Position numbers and translations under genes: made by a program. From the NCBI RefSeq assembly GCF_000143415.4, contig NW_003314339.1:489751-553750 (forward strand): a stretch of DNA of 64,000 nt, given 5' to 3'. Shown here in pieces: positions 50,255-61,015 of the stretch. The number at the start of each line of letters is the position of its first letter. Position 1 is the stretch's first letter. The notes under the pieces are model-generated. The model was not told where the DNA came from. It saw only the letters and a list, made by a program, of their open reading frames with translations, and did not search any database. The stretch is from Selaginella moellendorffii (taxonomy: Eukaryota; Plantae; Lycopodiophyta).

Positions 50255-50345
50255 GCCGCTCGCAACACCGCAACTACTCGTAGCGCCACTCGCAACACCG
50301 CAACTGCTCGTAGCGCCGCTCGCACAAACTGCCACTCGCATAAAC
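50255..50345. repeat. 30-bp tandem repeat, about 2.5 copies
   Basis: GCCGCTCGCAACACCGCAACTACTCGTAGC units. Confidence 0.85.
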
Positions 50346-51182
50346 TACTGTTCGCAATGGCGCTCGCAATGCTGCAACCGCTTGTAGACGCATAAACCAC
50401 AGCTCACAACGCCGCTTACACAAGCAGCGCTCACTGCGCTCAGCGGAACCAAGAACACGGCACACAAAAATGATAGACCTAGGAATGAGTTCGAGAATTC
50501 AAAAATAACACACGCTTGAACGTCACATCAAATCCTCTGACAAACCAGATCTTATGACTCCTCTAACAAATTTCAAACTGAGTAGCTTCTAGACTTTGCT
50601 GTCGGAGGTTGAACTTTGTCACATCATGTCCTTGCCTCGATCCAGCTGTGCCATGTCAGTGATTCGAACTTTGCCATGCCATGTCAGCGATCCGCGCCAA
50701 GATTATTCGCCGTGTAAAGGAATAATTATGCTGTGTGTGTACGTCCATTTATGGCAATATAAGGCCACACGCCATTCAAAGAATAATGCTAGTCAAGCAT
50801 TTTTTGGTGCATTTTTGGGTTCAAAATTGCATGAGCCCACACGCTATAAAGTTTACCTGTACCAAAAATAGAAACAGCTTTATTTACTTGGGAATTTAAG
50901 TGGTTGAGGCATTTTTAAATTTACAAACACATGCCCTACTTACATTCCTTTGGTTGCCTAAAATTCAAAAATATTATAAACCTTTCTTTTTGCATTTTCA
51001 ATGTTTTCATTATGGTTTTTGATTTTCGCAGGACCAGCCTAGTAATCTATTTGCATCCCGTCATGTTTATAGCTAGCTTTCGTTTGTCCCCTTCGCTAGC
51101 CTGAGATACATCTGCTCGGCATCTGCCTTTTACAGCATTTGCCCAGAAAGGGCATCTTTCTTCACGTAGCATTTGCCACATG

Positions 51183-51208
51183 TTTAGGGTTTAGGGTTTA
51201 GGGTTTAG
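51183..51208 (+). repeat. Interstitial plant telomeric repeat (TTTAGGG)3 TTTAG, telo-box-like
   Basis: Direct reading; lies in the 5' region of the accessory gene. Confidence 0.85.
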
Positions 51209-51849
51209 CAATTCAGTAGCTTGATAAACATGCAAATACAGAACTTGATGCAAAATCCTTTGATATGTCACAATGCCCCTAGGACCATAAACACATTTCA
51301 ATAGAGAGGGTCCTTTCATTTCATAACTCCTTACGTAGATCTTGGTGAAACTAAAGTTAGTGAAGTTAGTTTTTTGTGATCCAGCATCTGATTGTGATGT
51401 CCCTTTGCAGTGTCGATGGAAAGGTCAATGCACACCAAACTGTAAAATCTTGGAGCAAAATAACGGTCGGATCTATGGCAAATGCCCCTGAAACATTGTA
51501 AGGCTCGTGTGGTCTCATGTGGTGTCCGATCGAGATGCTTCTTTGCAGGGTCATCAAGAAAGACATTGTATACCATTTTGTAAAATCTAGTTGCGATCTA
51601 ACGGTTGGGTCTCCAGAAAACTCAAAAAAATCTCGCGCGTGTCAGAATATCCTAGGAATATACTCCTATGTGCCCCTGAAAATGGCATGCGGCCCCACGC
51701 CATTCAAGAGATAACGCCAGATGACGCCGAGCATTTTTTGGTGCATTTTTTGGGTTCAAAATTGCATGAGCCCACACGCTATAAAGTTTATCTTTGCCAA
51801 ATAGAGAAAAGTTTATCTGTGTCATGTGAAGTAGTTACAGTCCTTTGTG

Positions 51850-54800
51850 CTCAGCATCTGCCTCTTGCTGAAGATTGGATATTATGGTGGGCAAGGAGGT
51901 GAAGAAAGTCTTCAAAACAAGAGTTGTCCGCCTGATAAAAGGCAACTCGCCCCTCCGATCTATCATATCCATCTCCCACGCGCAGAATGTCAAGCAAGAA
52001 ACGTGCTACAAATCGGGTCTGCACGAGACATTGGCATGAACACGGAAGCTCTGGGTTCAACTGAAGAAGCCACAAAAATCAGGACAAGGATGTGCACTAG
52101 CAACTAGCACCTGGCAGGTAAGCCTCGTTGCATGTGGCCTCACGCCATTTCCATTGCAGGAATTCTCGAGTCTTCTCTCGAAAACACTGGGGGTCAATGA
52201 CACACTCAGCATCCATAACATTCTACTCGCGACAAAAGTTGTTTTTGACAAATGGGTAGATGTGCTGAGGAGGTACCATGACGGGGAGTTGCTAAACTCA
52301 ATGGGTGTGGAGGACGGCCGGAAGCCCAATGATTTGAAGCTCAACGCCTTGCGTTTCTCGCGGTCTCTAGACGACGACGACCTTCTGACAGTGGCTAATG
52401 CCCTTCTACGTGGTGAGGTAGTCTTCAACAAGACCAAAATGACTCCCAGCCATATTGTGACATACGAGGACTTGTGCACGACTCTGAGAGCTCGTGCGCT
52501 ATTGAAGGATTGGATCTTCGAGCAAGTGGCCGTGGAGAGGGTGAGCATCGACACCACGCAAGAGATGATGGAAGAGCTGGAGTTGTCAAATGAAGACATC
52601 GACGACTACGTGAAGGGGGCCCCCAAGTTCATCGATCTGCTGCGGGATGCCACGAAAAGTAAAGCTGAGAAGTTGGATCAGTATCCAAATTTCATTAAGA
52701 GGGATGTCGACCGCCGGCTTCAGAAACAGCTCGACCCCGCAGCAGAGGCCTATCGAGAACCTTACCGGGTATACGTGAATTCGGATGAGGATCAAAGGTG
52801 GAGGAGCATCGTTTCCCGCGGAGATGAGCAGGTCAAGAACATCTTTTGTGTGATGGACTTCACAAATGAGGAGATCACTCATGCCGACGAAGTCAGCTCC
52901 ATCATTGACTTAATGGTGGGACTTGTGGAGGTGGAATCTTCAGTCCACTATATGATCTACGACTCCGAATCCTATCACAAGTTCTGGAAGGCCTTGAACG
53001 AGGTGAAGGCTCGGTTGAAAGGCAAGGAGATGTAGGAGATCCATGGGATAATGGCTAAGAAGAAGATACCGACGAATGTCCGCATCTTCACACTCGCCCT
53101 TGTTATTGGTCCTGCAGCAGAGTGGGACTGGAGTGACTTCCCAGCTTCGTTCGACAAGGCCGATCGAATTGATCTGAGGGAGGTCAATTTACCCGTGCCT
53201 GAGGAACTGAAGACGGCTATGGAGCTTTCGAATCCAGAGAAAGCTCCAGGTGTAGCATGGGAAATGCTCAGCTGGGTCTTCAACGCAATAGCACCTGCTT
53301 CCGACTCCAAGGGCAAATGCGTTGTCGAGTACAACTGCGGCGGACTATTCTTTCGAGCCGCACTACTCAAGGGTGTCCCGTGTGTTGCGGTGACAAACTC
53401 CATTGAAGAGGTGACTTCAATGAAGCATATAATTACAGTTGCCAAAGAAAAACAGTATGTTCTCTGCGAACCTAGTGAGTACGCACTTTAAGTTTAAATG
53501 TTATCTCACAAGCTCTGTATGCAAGAGCGTGGCCACCCCCAGATGCTGAAACGGCGTTAACAGCTACTGTTGGGCCGAGCTCACAACCTGCACAAGGTAA
53601 GGTCACGTGAGGCCTCATGCCATATTGATTATAGATCATTGTGAATATTCAGACACGAGGACTGAAACGCGCACTGGTGGCGCGTCGAAGAAGGACAAAC
53701 AGACAAGCAATAGGAAAAAAGGAGGTACAAATTATATTTGCAATGGCGTGTGGTCTCATGCCATTCCTTGCAGGAGACACTTCTTCAAAGGCAAAACAGG
53801 CAAGCACCAACCAAGCTCAAACTGACAGTGGTCATAAAAAGCGAAAGCACGTTGGACAGTCGTCAGGATCAGAGGCGTTTGATTCGAAAAGGAGGTAATG
53901 CCTCGCCGTTATGGCGTGTGTGCTCATGCCATTCATTGCAGATCAAGGGCTGAATGAAAGCAGCCAATCACCACCTCCTGACTCAGATTCCTATGGCGGA
54001 CTCCCCTTCCCCAATCTCAATGGAGAGGTACAATGGATGAGGGATGCTTTTCAAGTCAGGGCCACGTTTTTCTCATCTCGTCGTCTTCGAAGGGTGCAAG
54101 AACGTGCAGAAACCATGTTAAGATAGTCGGGTGAGGATATGGTCCTAGGTCACGCACTAAAACATGCTATGGATGTCTTGTATTTTGAGATGGAGACTCG
54201 GCCAGATGATTTTCCCAAGATGGTCCTGGAAGAACAAGCCATCCAGCCTGAGCAGCCTATGGAAGAAATGCAGGAGGGGGATGAGGAGCCAGAGAAAGAT
54301 AATGAGCAGGAAGAGCAGAAGGACGAAGAGGAGGACAAAGAAGAGGAGGACGAAGAGGACTTGGATGGTCCTCATAATGGTGACGATCACAATAACGATG
54401 ACGACGATGATGACGACGATGGCCAGCCTGAGGTGGCCAAAGAGCAGTGGAGGAAGGTCATACAAGACAAACCATCAGGTAAATAATAGTACATCCATTC
54501 CTAACCTTTTACCATTTCTAACATTGTCCATGTAGGTTGCAAAGCAAATGGTAAGTAGAGATTATTCAATTGAATTAAGATACAAACTCTAGCCTTTAGT
54601 GTCGAGGAAGGATAGTGCCAAGCAAGGGTCGAAACGTATGTCCAATCCTTCAGAATCAGCAGTGCGCCCAAGTGATATCGGTCCTAGTTCCTCAATAGCA
54701 GTTGATGGTAAATACAGTATAGTTGATTCAATGTGCTAATGAGTTTGTTTTTAGTAGCCAGTAGGGAGGATACCATCTCAATCGAAGGGAGATATTTGGA

Positions 54801-55367
54801 CATGCATATGGATCCGCCAGTGGACTCTACTTGCCTGCAAGAGTCATCAGAGCTGGTGGAGGCTACTATCCATATCAACGCCAAACAAGCTGACCACGCT
54901 CCACTTGATGCTGCCCATACCACTGAGTCAATCTTGTCCACGTATCCAACTGACGGTGACCAGGCGCCATTGGACCCGCATGAGGCCGCCCCAGCCGCCG
55001 AGCCGGTCGTATCCTCATTTCCAACGGACTCAACGTGTGCCCAATCGTCTGACTACGCGCCGTTGGAACCTCTCTACACCGCCCTTGCTGCCTGTTCGGT
55101 CATGTCCACTTTGCCAACGGAGGCACTAGCTGAAATGGCATGTGATCACACGCCATCGGAACCACCCCATGCCACTGTTGAGCCAGTTGTACCAGAGTCT
55201 ACAGCTGAAATGGCATGTGCCCACACGCCATTGGATGCGATTGACCCCACATTGCAGAGGAGAGTATTTCCGCCCTTCACGTTTCCTCGACCAAAACCCT
55301 CTCAACGACCATCGGGAGCACCATTCGCTAATATTGTAGATGGTAAAATTGACTTGTACCATTTTTT
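51850..55367 (+). pseudogene. Spliced accessory gene of the Sola-like element: helical region, degenerate MTase-like segment, acidic low-complexity region
   Basis: ORFs 52154-53035 and 53051-53491 share a frame across one TAG; many short GT-AG introns (52118-52159, 53725-53773, 53895-53941); WVFNAIAP..GKCVVEYNCGGLFFRAALLKGVPCVAV; start not determined. Confidence 0.6.
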
Positions 55368-55865
55368 ATGCTGACGCATTTCATTTCAAAGTCACGGCGA
55401 AAGTACTGTATCGTTTTTGATCTGAACGGTGTCCTTTTCTCCCATGAGCGTGGCTCGTCCTCGAATGTCACTGCACCCTCCAAAGCCTGCGGTCGCAAGT
55501 TGGTCAAAAGAGACAGATTCACATTAATCACACGGGAGAAACTGCGGGATCTAATAATGACCATGCGACACTTAAAACAGAGGGCCGGGTTCAATTTGCA
55601 ATTGGGAGTTTGGACATCCATGATGCGCCACAATGCATTAACGTTGCTACAGATGATGCACGATCAGACGCGAGTAATATTACCATTTGACTTTCTCCTA
55701 ACGCAGGAGGATTGCTTGACTATGGTCCATGTGAGGGGTAGCAAGCCCATCTTCGTCAAGCCAGAGGCTGTAGTGATGAACCGGACTGCTAGGTCAAGTG
55801 AAATCTTCATTATCGATGACTCGCCGATTAAAACTGCAGCGAAGGCGTTTGGAGGCAAAAAATAA
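55368..55865 (+). pseudogene. FCP1/NIF-like HAD phosphatase domain with a 380-bp deletion
   Basis: IVFDLNGVL, LGVWTSMMRHN, FLLTQEDC, KPIFVK and IIDDSPIK; deletion seen by comparison with 60110-61015. Confidence 0.75.
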
Positions 55866-56657
55866 CAGTCTGAGATGGCATGTATTTATTTAAAAATGTA
55901 ACTTATTATGGCATGGGGTTCCATGCCATTGTATTTATATTAAAAGACAATTCTTTGAGAGGATTTGCATTATACTAGAAGTGTTACAGCATGTTATTGG
56001 AAATCTACAAAGTTGTTTTATTAATAAGGGGAAAGTAAAGATTGAATGGGGACTTGGGCTCCACCTAGACTCGGAGCAACTGAGCCAATATTAAAAGGAT
56101 GGAAAGAAATTGGACGATGATGACAAGGAGAAGAGAGAGGTGAAGCAGTGGCAGGGGGAGGAGAAGTGATTGAGTAGACATTTCCTTCTTTAAAATAAAA
56201 TGGCATGTGCCTCAATGCAGTTGAATTTTGTTATATTTATATACTATATAAAGGTTTGGAAACCTTATTTTACAAGTGGGATAATGACAATTCCCACTTT
56301 AACGAAATAGAGCTTATATGCCAAATGAGTTAATCTAGACACTTTCCATAAATAGCACTTAGGACCGAAATAAGACTAACACAAAGGGCATGATAGCAAG
56401 GGTGTTTGGCAGACACAGTAAACTATCATTTAGCGAATATTGAGGGACTAGTCTCAATATCGTGGGGGTTCCCAACACTAACAAGTGCAAGTCAATGAAT
56501 GAGTTTCTCTAACCAAGTCAAGTATGCTTGACAAATAGCATGTACGAATTCCATCCTTATGCTCATCTGGTCAAGTGCACACGCGATGACTAGTTTCTCA
56601 ACTAGCTTGAGTGGAGACCATAAAAGGGACCAGCAGTACTAACCTCCAGTAAGGAAA

Positions 56658-59600
56658 TGTGAGACACAAAATCCCTAGGCCCCAAAGTGGAGCCGAAAGG
56701 GTGCTACATAAAGCCTCCTAGCGATACGCCCCAAACACAATGCAGCCAAACCGTGGGAGGAGGACCCACGGTGGCTCTTCGTAGAAGGACCGACGTAGGT
56801 AGTGAGAGGGGGCAACTTTGTCCAGAGCCTTCACCGACTATGGAGAGCCTTTCCGCTGGAGCAAACACCACTGACCAGGGCTAAGGAGTGGCTTAACCAG
56901 CCTCTATTTTTCAATGCATTGTTCAATATGGGAGGTGTGACACTAGGACGAGAGACACACCACACGATCTGGAGGAAAATGCATGCAAACGGATTCCGGA
57001 CAATGAAGCAACTGGTGAGAGTAATTGACAGGGATTGGTGGCGAACAGCGAGAAGGACTCAAGTGTTTGGACCTTGGAAGCGACATAACATCCTGCTGGA
57101 CGTTCTGCGACTCCTCCGAGTGGTGAACAACATGAAAGCAGGGACAAAGTGGCCGAGAAGGTGCCTTCAAGCAGGGGACTTTGTGGCGATCCAGTGGCAA
57201 ACAGAGTGGGAGGAACACGATGCTGTGCGACGTCCACTAGGGACGTGGACTCGAGCATTCACCGCGCCTACACCAACATGGGAAGAAGGGGACGTTGAGG
57301 TGTGGTTCGTCACTGCACCAGAGCTCAACATAGGACTGCCATTTCGCATCACGAGAGGAGACACGCTTCTCCCGATGGGTGAGAAACAAGAGATGCCAGA
57401 TGTCACGGACGATGAGGTACGTGGGAGGATTCGTGTGCTTAGGCAATCACCCAAGAGGCTCGATGTGGTGGACTCAGAAGACCTACTGGAGGGCGATGGA
57501 TCACTAATATGGTGGCGACAGCAACTACTAGAAGATCTGGACTAGGACCCAGCTGCATGGCGACGAGGGACGGGAAACTTTTTCTCCTGTGCAGTCAAGG
57601 AAGCGCGGAATGGACTATTGACATCATGAGAGGAGGCAAGAGAGGAGATTCCGAAGCTGTGGCAGAAGTGGATAGCACAGGGGGTCGATGCGGAGCAAGT
57701 GGTGGACAACACGATTCACTTCTGGAAGTTGCCCGTGCAGGAAAAAGTGAAAGTCACCTTGTGGTTGGTAGCGAACAATGGGCTTCCGGTTGGACAGCGA
57801 TTCCAGGACGGCGCAAGTCGCAGATGCAGGGAGTGTGGCGAAATCGAGACAGTCAAGCATGCGCTGTGGGAGTGTGACACTGCAAAGGAGGTGTGGCGCC
57901 AGATTATTAAGGCAAGGAAGGAGCTGGGCGTGACACAGGATTTCGAGGCCCGCAGTGGGGACGTGCTTCACTGGTTCGAGGAAGCGAGGGGTCCTGCCCA
58001 GGGCCCAGCCCTGCAACACATCAGGTGCAGAGGACGCTGGGGGATTCAAGTCCAGTGGGATATGACCGGGGCGGAGGTAGGAGTCCCCGTGTGGGAGGTG
58101 CTTGGCCATGCTCGATGGGTGATATGGTGTGCGATGGGAGTCCAGGCCCTTTGGGAAGCTCGTAACCGGGCGCGCTTGGACGGGACACAGGTCAGAGTAT
58201 CACAGGTGCTGGTGGAGTGGTGGAGACTTACACTGGCGGCAGTACAGCTTCACCATGCTATCCTTCGGGATAGGGGGAAGCTCGAGAGGCTCGAGGAGTG
58301 GCAGAAAGCATGGATGCCATGTTTTGGTAGAGGAGATCACAAGGAGGTTCATTGGAGATGGCACCCCCCGGAGTCAATATTGTGGTCAGCACGAAGGGGG
58401 GACGTGGATCTGGACGCGATACGACGGAGACGACCGCAGCCGCTTTTACTGCAGGCTTAGTCTCACTTTAGATGAGGGAGATCCTACTAGGTAGCATGAG
58501 ATTCGGGTAGCATGCTCGGTTTTTGTATTAGTCCCTACGGGACATTGGGGAATGTACATACACGTTTCACCGAAAGGGTGCCACATAGTAGTGGCCGAAG
58601 CGAAAGCCAAACAAGCGTAACACGTTTGGACTAAAAGCTCCGACTTGAAAAGGTCGAGAGTGGGAGTGGAACTCCCGACGAAGTGCTTGAGGAACGAGCA
58701 CGAAGCGAGCAATAAGCGAGGCTCCAAAAAGGGACCCAAAAGGACCAACACATGACACGTGGAAATGTCCGAGATGGACCCGAGTTGGGGTCCGAAGTGG
58801 AGTCCAAAGTGGAGTCCGAGATGGAGTCCGAGGTGGATCCGAGATGGACCCGAGGTGGAGTCTGAGATGGAGTCCGAGATGGAGTCCGAGATGGACCCGA
58901 GATGGAGTCCGAGATGGAGTCCGAGATGGACCCAAGATGGAGTCCGAGATGGACCCGAGATGGAGTCCAAGATGGAGTTCGAGATGGACCCGAGATGGAG
59001 TCTGAGATGGACCCGAGATGGAGTCTGAGATGGAGTCTGAGATGGACTCGAGATGGAGTCCGAGATGGACCCGAGATGGAATCCGAGATGGAGTCCGAGA
59101 TGGACCCGAGATGGAGTCTGAGATGGACCTGAGATGGAGTTCGAGATGGACCCGAGATGGAGTCCCAGATGGAGTCCGAGATGGACCCGAGATGGAGTCC
59201 GAAGTCGAGACGGAGACCGGGACCGAGACTGGGAACGAGACCGAGACCGAGATCGGGCCCGAGACCGAGACCGAGGTCGAGGCCGAGACCAAGCCCGAGT
59301 CCGAGTCTGAGTCTGAGTCCGGGCCAGAATCCGAGTCCGAGTCCGAGTTCAAGTCTGAGAGAGTGAAAGCCCAAAGCGTTCATCTCCCAGACCCTGGGGG
59401 GTTTGGTGAGCTCCAAAAGTATAGTAGGGGGAGGATTGCAGTGGAGCTAGTTTGGCCAGGAAAGGCCAGTTTGGCCCAGAAAGGCCGGACCCAGTGTTGG
59501 GTGATGAGCTGCCCACTGTGAAGTCCAAGACTACAGTGAACACAGACCGACAAGCGGGGTAGCTTGGTGAAGTGTTCAAGAGCCGGCTCTAGTTCCCCCG

Positions 59601-59689
59601 GGAGATCGACTGGCCGATGCTCCCAGTCCAAGTGTGGGTGGCACTACCTACTTGGATACCTAGTGTGGCTCAACGGAACCTCCCTCTAA
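56658..59689 (+). repeat. LTR-A copy interrupted by a LINE (56711-58569) and cut off by the second Sola-like element at 59690
   Basis: TGTGAGACAC start; LTR sequence resumes at 58570 and stops at GGAACCTCCCTCTAA. Confidence 0.9.
56711..58569 (+). mobile_element. 5'-truncated L1/Tx1-like non-LTR retrotransposon (ORF2 C-terminus with zf-RVT)
   Basis: FWKLPVQEKVKVTLWLVANNGLPVG..CRECGEIETVKHALWEC..VW; one in-frame TAG at 57543; 18-bp TSD CCGAAAGGGTGC(T/C)ACATA at 56693-56710 and 58570-58587; no poly(A). Confidence 0.9.
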
Positions 59690-60109
59690 GCTCTATTTTG
59701 TTAAAGTGGGAATTGTCATTATCCCACTTGTAAAATAAGGTTTCCAAACCTTTATATTGTATATAAATATAACAAAATTCAACTGCATTGAGGCACATGC
59801 CATTTTATTTTAAAGAAGGAAATGTCTACTCAATCACTTCTCCTCCCCCTGCCACTGCTTCACCTCTCTCTTCTCCTTGTCATCATCGTCCAATTTCTTT
59901 CCATCCTTTTAATATTGGCTCAGTTGCTCCGAGTCTAGGTGGAGCCCAAGTCCCCATTCAATCTTTACTTTCCCCTTATTAATAAAACAACTTCGTAGAT
60001 TTCCAATAACATGCTGTAACACTTCTAGTATAATGCAAATCCTCTCAAAGAATTGTCTTTTAATATTAATACAATGGCATGGAACCCCATGCCATAATAA
60101 GTTACATTT

Positions 60110-61015
60110 TTAAATAAATACATGCCATCTCAGACTGTTATTTTTTGCCTCCAAACGCCTATACAATAATCTTGGAATTTCATCACTCTCCACACTATCA
60201 GGATTTAAACCCAATAGTAATGCCATCTCTTCTCTAATACGTCCACGCTCATGTTCAGTGGTCGAAGAACCCATCCGGTTGAGCAGATTATGGAGACGCG
60301 GATAGTGCTTGGCTAGACAATATACATGCCATAAATGATGACTGGTGTCTGTCCGATCAAATGGCTTCTGATATACCGTTCCATCTGCCATTTGGTTGAT
60401 TTCTGCAGCCACCTCCTGGACTGGCAGGTTCTCTATCACCATCGCTCCAAGCCGTTTTGCAAGGTCCCCTAGAATATATGGTTTCTTCTCCCTAGTTTCC
60501 ATATTGCAAGAGATGGGGTGCACTGCATATGTGTGCGTGTTCGCTGCAGTTTTAATCGGTGAGTCATCGATGATGAGGATTTCACTTGACCTAGCAGTCC
60601 GGTTCATCACTACAGCCTCTGGCTTGACGAAGATGGGCTTGCTACCCCTCACATGGACCATAGTCAAGCAATCCTCCTGCATTAGGAGAAAGTCAAATGG
60701 TAATATTACTCGCGTCTGATCGTGCATCATCTATAGCAACGTTAATGCATTGTGGCGCATCATGGATGTCCAAACTCCCAATTGCAAATTGAACCCGGCC
60801 CTCTGTTTTAAGTGTCGCATGGTCATTATTAGATCCCGTAGTTTCTCCCGTGTGATTAATGTGAATCTGTCTCTTTTGACCAACTTGCAACCACAGGCTT
60901 TGGAGGGTGCAGTGACATTCGAGGACGAGCCACGCTCATGGGAGAAAAGGACACTGTTTAGATCAAAAACGATACAGTACCTTCGCTGTGACTCTGAAAT
61001 GAAATGCGTCAGCAT
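60110..61015 (-). pseudogene. Full-length FCP1/NIF-like HAD phosphatase domain with one nonsense codon
   Basis: IVFDLNSVL...IIDDSPIKTAANTHTYAVHP; TAG at 60731-60733 where copy 1 has CAG. Confidence 0.75.

Larger units (their letters stand above)
39670..56313 (-). mobile_element. Sola-like DNA transposon (~10.9 kb without the nested LTR element), two divergent transcription units
   Basis: Perfect 22-bp TIR GCTCTATTTCGTTAAAGTGGGA at 39670-39691 and 56292-56313; AT-rich target with TATA on both flanks; transposase motifs; superfamily call rests on motif resemblance only. Confidence 0.85.

Noticed and set aside
54139-54486. Stand-alone acidic protein (and its copy at 61897-62274)
   Set aside because: A low-complexity exon bounded by splice signals within the accessory gene; the antisense hydrophobic ORFs are its shadow.
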